Notes: generated by a model not told the origin, from the sequence alone. Positions 21,422 through 33,881 are shown, numbered from the stretch's first letter. The stretch is 64,000 nt of DNA from Chloroflexota bacterium (GCA_012719135.1 JAAYAW010000079.1:9723-73722), one strand, 5' to 3'. Program-made: numbers and translations.

Positions 21422-21422
21422 A

Positions 21423-23689
<2,267 letters not shown>

Positions 23690-23692
23690 ACG

Positions 23693-25231
23693 CTAGCCTC
23701 GATTGGCCCAGACGGTGCGGAAGAACTCGCGCAGCGATAGATCCAGCACCTCTTGAACCCGATCCGTCATCCGGCGCTCAAAGGAGACAGCGTTTCTGAC
23801 GCTTTGGCGCTCGCGCCCCAGGTACTGGAGGAAGAGAGATTCGAACTCGGAGACCTCGTCGATGGCTATCTGATCCAGATAGCCGTGGGTGGCCGCATAG
23901 TAGAGCACCACCTGATCCTGAGGAGCGACATAGCTGTGCTGACTCTGCTTCAACATCTCTACAAGGCGAGCACCACGTCCCAGCGAGGCTTGCGTGGCGG
24001 CGTCGAGGTCAGTTCCGAACTGGGAGAAGGCTTGGAGCTCGCGGTACTGGGCCATGTCCAGCCGCATCTGTCCGGCAACCTGGCGCATCGAGGCGCTCTG
24101 AGCGGAGCCTCCTACACGCGATACCGATAGCCCGGCGTTGAGCGCAGGCCTGATACCGCTATGGAATAGCTCGGTCTCAAGATAGATCTGGCCGTCCGTA
24201 ATTGAGATGATGTTGGTAGGGATGTAGGCTGCAAGGTCACCCAGCTGCGTCTCCACGATGGGCAGAGCCGTCATGGAGCCCCCTCCGCGGCTCTCATCGA
24301 GGCGCCCCGCACGCTCAAGTAGACGGGCATGGAGGTAGAACACGTCGCCAGGGTAGGCCTCACGTCCGGGAGGGCGGCGGAGCAGCAGCGACAACTGCCG
24401 ATAGGCCCAGGCATGCTTGGTGAGATCGTCAAAGACGATCAGCGCATCCCGGCCGGCAAGCATAAACTCCTCGGCCATGGCGCAGCCGGCGTACGGGGCG
24501 AGATACTGAAGCGCAGCGGGCGCGCTGGCTTCCGCGGCCACCACGACAGTGTGCTCCAAGGCTCCTGCCCGATCCAGCGCCTGGACGACCTGGGCCACGT
24601 TCGAGAGCTTTTGTCCGATGGCCACGTACACACACAGTACGTCGTTTGGCTGCTGGTTAAGAATCGCGTCCACCGCCATGGTCGTCTTGCCAGTCTGGCG
24701 GTCACCGATGATCAGTTGCCGCTGCCCCCGTCCGATGGGCACCAGCGCGTCCACGGCCTTGATACCAGTGATGAGGGGGCTGTCGACGGGAGCGCGCTCG
24801 ATGATCCCCGGCGCCGGATGCTCAACCGGTCGCACCCTGGCGGTGCTGATCGGACCCTTTCCATCCACGGGGCGGCCGAGGGCGTCCACCACGCGGCCGA
24901 GCATCTGCTCTCCGACGGGGACGGAGGCCACGTATCCCAGCGCCTGGACGTTGCCCCCGCGCACGATCCCCTCGTTGGGGCCCATGATGATGGCACCGAC
25001 GGCGTCCGCCGTCAGGTTCAACGCCATGCCGAGGGTGCCGTTATCAAAGTGGAGCACCTCTCCGACCATCACCTGCCTCAGCCCCGATACATGCACGATG
25101 CTTTCGCCGACATCGACGACGGTGCCCATGGAGACGGGCTCCGGCGTGTAGCTAAAGCGCTCTATCTCTTCGCGCAGCCCGGATAGGGCCTGTCGCAAGT
25201 CTTCGCGGTTCATCTGTTGGGCGTCGCTCAT
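23693..25231 (-). CDS. atpA: F-type ATP synthase alpha subunit (operon 1)
   Basis: GDRQTGKT, RRPPGREAYPGDVFYLH and SVSRVGG; ATGA overlap with the atpH stop. Confidence 0.96.
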   Translation of the reverse strand: MSDAQQMNREDLRQALSGLREEIERFSYTPEPVSMGTVVDVGESIVHVSGLRQVMVGEVLHFDNGTLGMALNLTADAVGAIIMGPNEGIVRGGNVQALGYVASVPVGEQMLGRVVDALGRPVDGKGPISTARVRPVEHPAPGIIERAPVDSPLITGIKAVDALVPIGRGQRQLIIGDRQTGKTTMAVDAILNQQPNDVLCVYVAIGQKLSNVAQVVQALDRAGALEHTVVVAAEASAPAALQYLAPYAGCAMAEEFMLAGRDALIVFDDLTKHAWAYRQLSLLLRRPPGREAYPGDVFYLHARLLERAGRLDESRGGGSMTALPIVETQLGDLAAYIPTNIISITDGQIYLETELFHSGIRPALNAGLSVSRVGGSAQSASMRQVAGQMRLDMAQYRELQAFSQFGTDLDAATQASLGRGARLVEMLKQSQHSYVAPQDQVVLYYAATHGYLDQIAIDEVSEFESLFLQYLGRERQSVRNAVSFERRMTDRVQEVLDLSLREFFRTVWANRG

Positions 25232-25593
25232 GCTGGGTTCCTGTTCGTGGCAGGACCCGCACCTTCGGGGATTCTGCAATTGGCGCAGAGGCGTTCGTGT
25301 AGTGCATCCAGCCTGGCCCGGACGCTCCCATCGATTACGAGGTCATCCATACGGATCCATACACCGCCGAGGATCGTCGCATCCAGGTTCACGTCCAGAT
25401 CCACGGGGCGCCCGACGATCCGCTCCAGGTAGGTCTGCAGAGCGACGCGCTCCGCAGGAGATAGCGGTACAACGACGCGAACTTGAGCGCGCTGAAGTTC
25501 GGGGTCCTGGGGAGGTCCCTGTGGTTCAGCAGTGATCTCGTCCTGTGGCGTTCTGCGCAACGGGAAGCCTGGCTGTCGTTGCATCTCGGTCAT
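25228..25593 (-). CDS. atpH: F-type ATP synthase delta subunit, C-terminal domain only
   Basis: VVPLS...VNLDATILGGVWIRMDDLVIDGSVRARL delta C-terminal motif. Confidence 0.82.
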   Translation of the reverse strand: MTEMQRQPGFPLRRTPQDEITAEPQGPPQDPELQRAQVRVVVPLSPAERVALQTYLERIVGRPVDLDVNLDATILGGVWIRMDDLVIDGSVRARLDALHERLCANCRIPEGAGPATNRNPA

Positions 25594-26081
25594 GCCGTCT
25601 TGACCTGCTCCAGGAAGTCCTGAATGAGTCGATGGTGTTTGCTCTCATCGAGCTCTTGCCCGATCACACGGGAGGCTGCGGCTATGGAGAGATCCACGAT
25701 CTCCTGTCTCAACGCCACCTCTCCGAGCTCAAGCTCGCGCTGCGCCTGAGCCTGGGCGCGCGCGATGATCTGCTGGGCCTCATCTCGTGCGGCGGCGAGT
25801 ATCTCCTGCCTCTGTTGCTCTGCAGAACGGGAGCCCTGCTCAACGATCTCGTGTGCTTCCTGGTGGGCGCGCTCGATCTCGCTGGCGTAGCGCTCCTGCA
25901 TCTGTTGCAGCAGCAGATCAGCCTCCTTGGCCTTGGCCATGCTTTCCTGTACGCGCTTCGCTCTCGCATCCAGAGCCGCGAGCAATGGCTTGTGAAGCAG
26001 CCGGTACAGGATGAAGGCCATCAACGCAAAGTTGATCGCCTGAGATAGCAGCAGACGGGGATCGATTCCTAGTTGTCCCAC
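25590..26081 (-). CDS. atpF: F-type ATP synthase b subunit (operon 1)
   Basis: LGID..LLLSQAINF TM followed by a long charged helix. Confidence 0.92.
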   Translation of the reverse strand: MGQLGIDPRLLLSQAINFALMAFILYRLLHKPLLAALDARAKRVQESMAKAKEADLLLQQMQERYASEIERAHQEAHEIVEQGSRSAEQQRQEILAAARDEAQQIIARAQAQAQRELELGEVALRQEIVDLSIAAASRVIGQELDESKHHRLIQDFLEQVKTA

Positions 26082-26110
26082 ACCGAGTTCCTTTCGGAGA
26101 TGCTGCTCAC

Positions 26111-26335
26111 CTAGGACACGAACTTGACGGCGAGCGCAACCACCAGGGCATAGATGGCAATCGCCTCGGTAAAGGCCAAGGAGATGATCAAGTTGGTGCT
26201 CACGGCGCGCTCCGCTTCCGGATTGCGGCCCAGGGCCTCCATGGCTGCCGAGGCCAGCTTTCCGATGGCCATGGCAGGGCCCAGGCTACCGAGGGCGATC
26301 GTGAGTCCAGCGACCAGATCGGGGGTGATTTCCAT
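26111..26335 (-). CDS. atpE: F-type ATP synthase c subunit, H+-type
   Basis: RNPEA loop; FTEAIAIY with carboxylate E57 followed by Ala; no Na+ ligands. Confidence 0.95.
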   Translation of the reverse strand: MEITPDLVAGLTIALGSLGPAMAIGKLASAAMEALGRNPEAERAVSTNLIISLAFTEAIAIYALVVALAVKFVS

Positions 26336-26380
26336 AGAGGTCTCCTTGCTGTGGTGTCTTCGGTCGAGAGCCGGGTCGCG

Positions 26381-27262
26381 TCAGCCGTGCGCAGCAGCGG
26401 CGCGTACCGCGAATGCCGTGCTCAGAATGGTGAAAATGAACGCCTGGACGAATCCTGACATGATCTCCAGTCCGATAAAGGGGAGCGAGATCAGGTAGGG
26501 TAGGATAAAGGCCATTACGAGGAGCAAGACCTCCCCACCGAACATATTGCCGAACAGGCGGAACGAGAACGATATCACCTTGGTGAGCTCTTCAAACACT
26601 TCCAGGATGCCCACAAAGAACTCGAGTACGCCATTCAGCAGCAAACTGGGCTGCACCTTGCCCTTTACCAGACGCTTGAAGAACTCGATGAATGATCCCA
26701 GACGGACGAAACGCCCGAGGTAGGGAACGAGACCTTGTTTGGATATGCCAAAGCCCTGGGCCGAGAGCACCGAGAGCAACGCCAACGCCACGGTCGTATT
26801 CAGATCAGCATTGGCGCCCCGGAACAGGGGGACAAAAACGCGCGACGTCTCCTCTCCGCGCCAGAGGCCGATGCTGCCAAAACCGGGGAAAAGAGAGAAC
26901 CAGTTTGTCGTGAGGATGACGATAAAGAACGAGGCGGCGATGGGATAGTAGCGGCGCGCCTCGGGACCCGCGAAGCGAACCATATAGTCCAGAAGACCTT
27001 CGTAGATCGTCTGTACGATGTTCTGCGTCGACCGTGGGGAGGGGCACTCCACCAGGCGCCGGGAAACTCGCCATGAGAGTAGCGTGAGCCCCAGCATCAC
27101 AACCCACGTCGTCAAGATCGAGTTCGTGATGACGAGGGGGCCGACGCGGAACAACTCTTCGGCGCCGATCTCGATGGTCAGCTCGCTAAGCCGCAGGGGG
27201 GCGTAAAGGTTGGCCCCGATCACGGCAACGACAAACAGGCCGATGATGACCTTCTTAATCAA
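26381..27262 (-). CDS. atpB: F-type ATP synthase a subunit (operon 1)
   Basis: NADLNTT, SFSFRLFGNMFGGE (essential Arg) and VQAFIFTIL; extra N-terminal hydrophobic segment. Confidence 0.94.
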   Translation of the reverse strand: MIKKVIIGLFVVAVIGANLYAPLRLSELTIEIGAEELFRVGPLVITNSILTTWVVMLGLTLLSWRVSRRLVECPSPRSTQNIVQTIYEGLLDYMVRFAGPEARRYYPIAASFFIVILTTNWFSLFPGFGSIGLWRGEETSRVFVPLFRGANADLNTTVALALLSVLSAQGFGISKQGLVPYLGRFVRLGSFIEFFKRLVKGKVQPSLLLNGVLEFFVGILEVFEELTKVISFSFRLFGNMFGGEVLLLVMAFILPYLISLPFIGLEIMSGFVQAFIFTILSTAFAVRAAAAHG

Positions 27263-27729
27263 GACGCTTGCTCCTCATCGCTCCTTGAGCGGAGGGATTC
27301 CACACTCTCCAGTATCCCGACCACGGCAATGACCAGTCCGACGATGACCAGCACGAGAGACAACACGATGCCGGTTTTCAGGATGCGATCAAGCCACAGG
27401 CCGATCAGGCGCATCACTACAGGCAAGGCTAGGAGGGCCAGCGCCTTTGCCGCCGTCTTCCAGCCGCCTCCGAGATCGCTAAAGGCGTACGCTGGATCCT
27501 CGTGGTCATTAAGGTAGTTTCGGGACCGGATGGCCAGCCGGATGATAGCGATCTGCCCGATCACAATCCCGGCAGCGAGCAGCATCAGGGTGGCATAGGG
27601 AGTCGTGCCCAGGAGGTTATCGACCTGTCTGCCCACCCACAAACCGAGGAAGATCAGCCCGGCCGCCGTGAGCCCCATCGTCATGCCCAGTTCGGTGGCG
27701 AGGCCCGTAATCTGTCCTTTGTTCTTCAT
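27259..27729 (-). CDS. AtpZ/AtpQ (ATPase gene 1)-like membrane protein with two tandem domains
   Basis: Two G-x-W/V-x-D motifs (GLWVGRQVDNLLGTTP and IGLWLDRILKTG), each between TM helices; first gene of the atp operon. Confidence 0.75.
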   Translation of the reverse strand: MKNKGQITGLATELGMTMGLTAAGLIFLGLWVGRQVDNLLGTTPYATLMLLAAGIVIGQIAIIRLAIRSRNYLNDHEDPAYAFSDLGGGWKTAAKALALLALPVVMRLIGLWLDRILKTGIVLSLVLVIVGLVIAVVGILESVESLRSRSDEEQAS

Positions 27730-27794
27730 CTGAGCTCCGCGCTGTTGGCCACAGGTACAGGCCCTTGCGCCGCACTGCGCATCCCAAACATCGA

Positions 27795-27823
27795 ATGATA
27801 CACCCCTGACAGGGGGCCGTCAA
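27795..27823 (-). promoter_or_regulatory. Promoter of F-type operon 1 with a palindrome in the spacer
   Basis: Minus strand TTGACG-N17-TATCAT; the spacer contains CCCCTG-A-CAGGGG (27803-27815). Confidence 0.6.
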
Positions 27824-27881
27824 ACCTCCAGCGGAGGATGCATCAGGCTGGGAGCCTGCGTTTTGCTGCGCAACCGTTGGC

Positions 27882-29354
27882 TCAGTCGTCCTCTTCGTCC
27901 GTTCCAGGCGCAGAGCTTGGCTCGATGGGGACCCATCTGTGGCCATGGCGCGCCAGCAGCGCATCGGCGCACGCAGGCCCGGGGCTCCCCGCTGGGTAGG
28001 TCTGTGGAACCGAGCCGCTCGTGAGCGGGTCAGTGAGTTGCCAGGCCAACTCGATCTCGTCGCTGCGCGTGAACAGCGATGCATCCCCCTGGAGAGCGTC
28101 CAGCAGCAGTCGTTCGTAGGCATCCGGTAGAGCGTACTCACCAAAGTGACTATCGTACCTGAACACCATGTTGACCGTCTCGGCCTGCATGCCCGAGCCT
28201 GGCCGCTTGGCGTCAAAGCGCAGATGCACGCTCTCGTTGGGCTGAATGATCAACGACAGCCGGTTGGGAGGGAGCGGGCCCGATTCGGAGAATAGGCGAT
28301 GCGGTACCGACTTGAACTGCAGCGCTATCTCCGTCGTCTTGGCGTTCAGCCGCTTGCCCGATCGCACATAGAACGGCACGTCGCGCCAGCGCCAGTTATC
28401 TACGTGCAGACGCAGCGCCGCGTAGGTGGGCGTGTTGGAGCCCGGATTCACATGGGGCTCGGTTTGGTAGCCTTCATATTGCCCGTACACGCAGTCCTCG
28501 GCAGCGACCGGGCGGATGGCCTGGAGGACCTGCACCTTTTGGTCACGAAGCGTCTTGGCGTTCAGCACCGACGGAGGCTCCAGGGCCGTGAGAGCTAGAA
28601 GCTGCAGCAGATGGTTTTGGAACATGTCGCGGAGCACGCCGGCTCGATCGTAGTATCCCCCTCTATGGCCTACCCCGACCGTCTCAGCCATCGTGATCTG
28701 AACGTGATCGACATAGTTGCGATTCCAGAGCGGCTCAAAGATGGCGTTCCCAAAGCGGAGGAACAGGATGTTCTGCACCGTCTCTTTGCCGAGGTAGTGG
28801 TCGATACGGTAGATCTGCGACTCGTCGAACACCGCGTGCAGTTGCTCATTGAGCCGATGGGCGCTGGCCAGGTCGGACCCGAAGGGTTTCTCGATGATGA
28901 TGCGCGACCAGCCTCCGGGAGTCTGGTTCATTCCAGAACGCCCGATCTGTTCAATTACGGCAGGGTAAAGCGACGGCGGAATCGCAAGGTAAAAGAGCCG
29001 GTTGGGAGCCGGCGGCTGGTCCGCATCGAGCCGCGCCTGCAGCGCTTCCAGCGCGGCATAGGTCGACGGGCTATCGTACTCGCCCGGCTGATAGTGTATC
29101 CGCTCGCTAAAGATGTCCCAGCGCTCGCACATCCCGGGCTTGAGCCGGGCGTAATCCGCTACGCCTTCTAGCAAAGACGCCGAGTAAGCGGCATGATCCA
29201 GCTCGCTGCGAGCCGTGCCGATGATGCGAGTGTTTGGGTGGAGGACTCCCTCGCAGTTGAGGCTATGGATGGCCGGGATGAGCTTCCTCCGCGTGAGGTC
29301 CCCCGATGCGCCAAAGATAAAGATAGTAGCTGGCTCATGCATCGCGTTCGCCAT
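27882..29354 (-). CDS. zwf: Glucose-6-phosphate 1-dehydrogenase
   Basis: [25 protein letters not shown] and DMFQNHLLQ motifs. Confidence 0.97.
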   Translation of the reverse strand: MANAMHEPATIFIFGASGDLTRRKLIPAIHSLNCEGVLHPNTRIIGTARSELDHAAYSASLLEGVADYARLKPGMCERWDIFSERIHYQPGEYDSPSTYAALEALQARLDADQPPAPNRLFYLAIPPSLYPAVIEQIGRSGMNQTPGGWSRIIIEKPFGSDLASAHRLNEQLHAVFDESQIYRIDHYLGKETVQNILFLRFGNAIFEPLWNRNYVDHVQITMAETVGVGHRGGYYDRAGVLRDMFQNHLLQLLALTALEPPSVLNAKTLRDQKVQVLQAIRPVAAEDCVYGQYEGYQTEPHVNPGSNTPTYAALRLHVDNWRWRDVPFYVRSGKRLNAKTTEIALQFKSVPHRLFSESGPLPPNRLSLIIQPNESVHLRFDAKRPGSGMQAETVNMVFRYDSHFGEYALPDAYERLLLDALQGDASLFTRSDEIELAWQLTDPLTSGSVPQTYPAGSPGPACADALLARHGHRWVPIEPSSAPGTDEEDD

Positions 29355-30330
29355 GTATACCTCCGAGGCCTATCTCGTTACTGCCTGCCTTCTCTGCCGC
29401 CAGGGCAGCCTCTCCCGTGGCGCTGTGGCAATGGCCGGAGGAAGCCCAGTGGGCTTGCAGGTCGCGAATCAGGGCATCGATGACGGGACTCTGTGCACAA
29501 GGGCCATGAGATGAAGCCTCCGGTGGAGGCGAGGCTCCTGCGGAGAGGGCAATGATCTCCGTGGCGATTCGTTCACCGTCCACGGCGCCGAGCGGTACGT
29601 TCCCATGCACTGCGATCGAAATGCCGCGCTCCCGCAGGGGCACGCTCTCGATCTGCCTTGAGAGGGCCACTGACTGCTCCGGCGCCAGATCGACCGGCAG
29701 AACCAGCACATCACGGACGCCCGCGCGAGCCAAAGCCACGAGTTGTGCCAGCAGAGAAGGGTTTGCGAGGGGATGCGCGATGGCTATGCCGGTAAGCGGG
29801 TCTAGGCAGTCCCGCAGGCGTTGCACCAGTTGCGAGAGGAAGACGGCGGATTGGGGCGCAGTCCCTGCGCGGCCGTAGGCCTTGCGGATTCGCGCCAGCA
29901 CAAGCGGGCGCGTGAACCAGCCGCTATCGCGCTCGATTGCCCCCCCACTCGCACGCAGGCGTGGAGCCCAAGCGTCCGGCCCCGTGTACGTGTCCGGCAG
30001 GGCCTCCGACACGACGATGGTGACTCTGGCATCCTGGGAGACCTGATCGGCGTAAGCATCGGCAAGTATCGCAACCGGAGTCAGGGTGGAGATCTGCCGG
30101 GCCCGGGCAGCGTACGAAACCAGCGCACAGAGCGCCACCAGGAGCAGGGCCACGACGCCGCTGGCCGGATTCGGCCACCCGAGCCACACCGAGAAGGCCA
30201 GAGCCCCGATCAGTCCCAGAGACAGGCGATAGCGGTGTTTGGGAAGATCGTGGGCAGCGCAGGACCAGTAGTTGGCCAGGCTCCAACCGATGACCATACC
30301 GCACGTCAGCAGCACGACACGATTCCACAC
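29335..30330 (-). CDS. Membrane-anchored hypothetical protein with a degenerate chelatase (ferrochelatase)-like domain
   Basis: Three N-terminal TMs, then RKAYGRAG...NPSLLAQL..L...[10 protein letters not shown], resembling the HemH N-domain PS-I...GV..IVVLPL segment. The ORF itself is well supported; the family call is weak. Confidence 0.5.
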   Translation of the reverse strand: MWNRVVLLTCGMVIGWSLANYWSCAAHDLPKHRYRLSLGLIGALAFSVWLGWPNPASGVVALLLVALCALVSYAARARQISTLTPVAILADAYADQVSQDARVTIVVSEALPDTYTGPDAWAPRLRASGGAIERDSGWFTRPLVLARIRKAYGRAGTAPQSAVFLSQLVQRLRDCLDPLTGIAIAHPLANPSLLAQLVALARAGVRDVLVLPVDLAPEQSVALSRQIESVPLRERGISIAVHGNVPLGAVDGERIATEIIALSAGASPPPEASSHGPCAQSPVIDALIRDLQAHWASSGHCHSATGEAALAAEKAGSNEIGLGGIHGERDA

Positions 30331-30386
30331 GGTGATCCGTTCCCTTCGTCAGGTTTCGAGCGAAGCAACCGCGCGAGACCAGGGGC

Positions 30387-31292
30387 TCAGTCCTCTACCT
30401 CTTCCTGCGTCGGGCGGCTGCCTTCAACTCCTGATGCGAGATCCAGCATCTCCATGGTGATGGCATGCTGCCTCGCGGAGTGATATTGCAGCGTGAGTTC
30501 CTCTGTCATGCGTTTGAGGTTCCCGCTGGCCGTCTCCATGGCGCGATATCTGGCCGCCTGTTCGCTCGCGGCAGCCTCCATCACCATGCGGTACAGACGA
30601 CCGATTGCCCATCCATCGATAGCACGCTGAAGCAGTATCTCTGGATCGCCTTCGTAAAAGACTTGAGACGGTTCCGATGGAGGCCGTGGCAGCATGGAGA
30701 GATCGACGGGAAGCCAGCGTTCAGCGACTGGAGGGGACACCGAGTCGGCTCGATATGGCGAGTAGACCACATAGATTGCGTCGCACCGCCCATCATCCAG
30801 TTCGTCGCGTAGGTCGGCCGACATGCTCGCTACCAGCGGCATGTCGGCGACACGGGAGGTCGGGAGCGGCCATTCGTGTGCGATCTCTCGGCCGAGGCGC
30901 CGAAGGTGGGCGCCAGCGCGAGCACCGAGGACGCCAATGTGGACCACGTCGCTCTGAAGTGATTGCGCCGTGATCAATCGCTCCGCTCCTTGCGCGACCG
31001 TCTCGTTATAGGCCCCGCACAGTCCGCGTTGCGAACTGATCACCAGCATCAGTGGCGCCCGCGCGGGGATAACTGCCGACGCGATCCCGAGCGTGCCGAG
31101 CACACGCGCCGGTACACGCGGGACTGAGAGAGCCAAGGCCCTTTCCAGGTAGCTGCAATAGCGGCGGCTCGCCTCCATGCGCGCCAATGCCTGACGCCAG
31201 CCTCCGGCGGAGATCGTGCGCATCGAGTTGACAACCGGTTCGATTGCCTCGACGTTATCGCGCCTTTCGCGGATGCGCTCGATGTCATCCAT
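30387..31292 (-). CDS. atpG: N-type ATPase gamma subunit (operon 2)
   Basis: SSQRGLCGAYN, SEQAARYRAMETASGN and RQHAITMEMLDL motifs. Confidence 0.9.
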   Translation of the reverse strand: MDDIERIRERRDNVEAIEPVVNSMRTISAGGWRQALARMEASRRYCSYLERALALSVPRVPARVLGTLGIASAVIPARAPLMLVISSQRGLCGAYNETVAQGAERLITAQSLQSDVVHIGVLGARAGAHLRRLGREIAHEWPLPTSRVADMPLVASMSADLRDELDDGRCDAIYVVYSPYRADSVSPPVAERWLPVDLSMLPRPPSEPSQVFYEGDPEILLQRAIDGWAIGRLYRMVMEAAASEQAARYRAMETASGNLKRMTEELTLQYHSARQHAITMEMLDLASGVEGSRPTQEEVED

Positions 31293-33093
31293 CGCTGCTG
31301 AACGACTCTGTAAAGGCTTGGATGGCTTCGCGGAGTTCGTCCTCGATGGCGTCGCTCAAGCGGCTTTCCTCATGAATAGAGCGCAAGGCGCGAGGCACGT
31401 TTCGCTCCGCATAGGCCCAGAGTTCGGCGTCGTATCTCTCAACATCGCCGATGGCGATTTCGTCCACGTAACCCAGATCAACGGCGAGCAGCGTGAGCAC
31501 CTGCCGTGCAAGAGGCAGTGGCGCATAGGGCTTTTGGCGCAGTATCTGGCGCAGCCGCTCTCCACGGACCAGTTGCTGCCGGGTGGCACGGTCGATCTCT
31601 GTGCCAAATCGGCTAAAGTGCGCCACCTCCTCGTACTGAGAGAGCGTGAGGCGCAACTGTCCGCTCACCCTGCGCATCGCCTGAGTCTGGGCCGCGCCTC
31701 CCACCCGAGACACGGACTGCCCAATGTCGACGGCTGGCTTGAGATCCTGATTGAATAGCTCGGGATCGAGATAGATCTGCCCATCAGTGATCGAGATGAG
31801 GTTCGTGGGAATGTACGCAGAGATGTTGCCTCGACGCGTCTCGACGATCGGCAGGGCCGTGATGCTGCCGCCTCCCGCATCGCCGTGTCTCCGGCAGGCG
31901 CGCTCCAGCAGGCGGGAGTGCAGGTAAAAGACGTCGCCCGGATAAGCCTCTCTGCCAGGCGGGCGGCGCAGGAGGAGGGAGATCTCTCGGTATGCGTCAG
32001 CGTGCTTTGTCAGATCGTCATAGACGATGAGCACGTCGCGTCCCTCATCCATGAAGGCCTCGGCGATGGCGACACCGGCGTAGGGGGCCAGATAGAGCAG
32101 GGCGGGGGGATCATCCGGGGCCGCCACAAGCACGATCGTGTGGGCGATGGCGTTACCTTCCTCGAGAATCCGCACGGCCTGAAGGATCGAGCTTGCCCGC
32201 TGACCGATGCACACGTAGATGCAGATGACGTCACTATCGCGCTGGCTGAGAATGGCGTCGAGCGCGATGGCCGTCTTGCCGGTCTGTCGGTCGCCGATGA
32301 TGAGTTCGCGCTGCCCACGCCCGATCGGAATCATGGCATCGATGGCCTTGACGCCCGTGTGCAGGGGGACCGACACCGGCTCCCGTTGCACCACGCCCAC
32401 GGCCTCGCCTTCGATCAGGCGTCTGTCGTCGATATAGAGGGGTCCTCGCCCATCGATCGCCACGCCAAGCGGGCTGATGATTCGGCCGAGCAGGCGCTCA
32501 CCTACAGGTATCGTGGCGCGCTGACCTGTCGCCCAAACGATGTCGCCGCCCTGAATGCCTTCCGCCGGGCCCAGTAGAATACAGTCGGCCTGGTTTGCGT
32601 CCAGGTTCATCACCAGCCCCAGAACCGAGTTGGGGAACAACAGCAGTTCGTCCGTTGAGGCTTGCGGTAGACCCCATACAGAGGCGACGCCCTCGCCTAC
32701 CTGTTTGACTGTGCCTACAGCCTGTGTCCGTAGGCCGGCCCGGCTGCTGGTACTGCTTGTGGCGATGTGTCCTAGGAGGTCACGAAGCGAGTCCGATGAG
32801 TGCCTTCGCAGGTACTCGGACATGCCGGCGCTCAGGTCCAGCGAGGAGCCAGAGATCGTGCCCCACAGCGGCACGGAACTGGTGGTGGTGCGTGGAATGA
32901 GATCCATGTCACCGACCTGGATCGGATGCTCGGTACCGCAGACCTTGAGGAATGACTCGCTCAGCTGCTCCATCGGTGACTTGGCTGAATGCTCGACACC
33001 TGGATCATTCGCTGGATGCAGCGGGGTATTCCCGGGCTCGTCTGTCGGGTGATCCGGGCTCTTGTGTTCGGGCGTGAGTTCGTTCACACTCAT
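31285..33093 (-). CDS. atpA: N-type ATPase alpha subunit with an N-terminal extension of about 100 aa
   Basis: GDRQTGKT, RRPPGREAYPGDVFYLHSRLLER and SVSRVGG; ATGA overlap with the atpF stop. Confidence 0.95.
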   Translation of the reverse strand: MSVNELTPEHKSPDHPTDEPGNTPLHPANDPGVEHSAKSPMEQLSESFLKVCGTEHPIQVGDMDLIPRTTTSSVPLWGTISGSSLDLSAGMSEYLRRHSSDSLRDLLGHIATSSTSSRAGLRTQAVGTVKQVGEGVASVWGLPQASTDELLLFPNSVLGLVMNLDANQADCILLGPAEGIQGGDIVWATGQRATIPVGERLLGRIISPLGVAIDGRGPLYIDDRRLIEGEAVGVVQREPVSVPLHTGVKAIDAMIPIGRGQRELIIGDRQTGKTAIALDAILSQRDSDVICIYVCIGQRASSILQAVRILEEGNAIAHTIVLVAAPDDPPALLYLAPYAGVAIAEAFMDEGRDVLIVYDDLTKHADAYREISLLLRRPPGREAYPGDVFYLHSRLLERACRRHGDAGGGSITALPIVETRRGNISAYIPTNLISITDGQIYLDPELFNQDLKPAVDIGQSVSRVGGAAQTQAMRRVSGQLRLTLSQYEEVAHFSRFGTEIDRATRQQLVRGERLRQILRQKPYAPLPLARQVLTLLAVDLGYVDEIAIGDVERYDAELWAYAERNVPRALRSIHEESRLSDAIEDELREAIQAFTESFSSDG

Positions 33094-33869
33094 GATTCGG
33101 GTACACCCTGTCCGCTCAGATACTCGGTACGCACGCTATCACGGATCCGTACCAGTTGCTGCCGGATACTGTTCTCCAACAAGTGATCGGCAATGCGCAC
33201 CTGAATGCCGGCGATCAGGGCCTTGTCGACTGTGTCTCTGATCTCCACGCGTCGGTCCAGCAAAGATGAGAGCGAATCGCCCACGGTGCGTATCTGCTCC
33301 GGCGTAAGCGGCACTGGCGTTGCGATAAAAGCGGCCGGCACTCGCCCCGTCATGGCCGCGCGGTATTCGTTGACCTCCTCTGGCGGCGTGCGCAGTACGC
33401 TGGCGACAAAGTTCGCAACCATGTCGTCGTGCGTCTTGCGCGTCGTCACGGACCGGACAACGTTTCCGGACAGTGTGACCACGGCCTCCAGGATGTCTTC
33501 GTAGTGTTGCCGCACGATCTCATCGCGTTCGTGAGCGAGATCGATTCGCATGTCCTCGGTGACACGATCGAGTTGCCGGCGCGCTTCGCTGAGGATTTGC
33601 GCTGAGCGCTCCTCGGCTCTCTTCTCTGCTGCGCGGATGATCTCCTCACCATTTGCTTCTGCCTGAGCGCGGCGTTGTTCCCAGTGCGCCCGCAGACGCG
33701 CGGCCTCTGCCTCCTGATCTTGGGCTGCCTGCAAGGCGTCGCTGATTGTCCGGCCACGCTCAGCCAGCTTACGCCGAAGAGGGCGGAACACCAGCACAGA
33801 TAGGATCCCGACCAGTGCCGCAAAGTTGAGAATCTGAAGGATCAGCACCCGCCAATCAAGATCAAGCAT
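33090..33869 (-). CDS. atpF: N-type ATPase b subunit fused to a delta-like domain
   Basis: LDW..LILQILNF TM, coiled coil, and C-terminal VDKALIAGIQVRIADHLLENS. Confidence 0.9.
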   Translation of the reverse strand: MLDLDWRVLILQILNFAALVGILSVLVFRPLRRKLAERGRTISDALQAAQDQEAEAARLRAHWEQRRAQAEANGEEIIRAAEKRAEERSAQILSEARRQLDRVTEDMRIDLAHERDEIVRQHYEDILEAVVTLSGNVVRSVTTRKTHDDMVANFVASVLRTPPEEVNEYRAAMTGRVPAAFIATPVPLTPEQIRTVGDSLSSLLDRRVEIRDTVDKALIAGIQVRIADHLLENSIRQQLVRIRDSVRTEYLSGQGVPES

Positions 33870-33881
33870 CCACTCTCCTCC

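Noticed and set aside
29335-30330. OpcA (G6PDH assembly protein) next to zwf
   Set aside because: It has N-terminal TMs and no OpcA-like motifs that I recognise.
23693-33093. The two atpA and atpD copies as an assembly duplication or recent tandem repeat
   Set aside because: The copies differ widely in protein sequence, gene order and c-subunit type.
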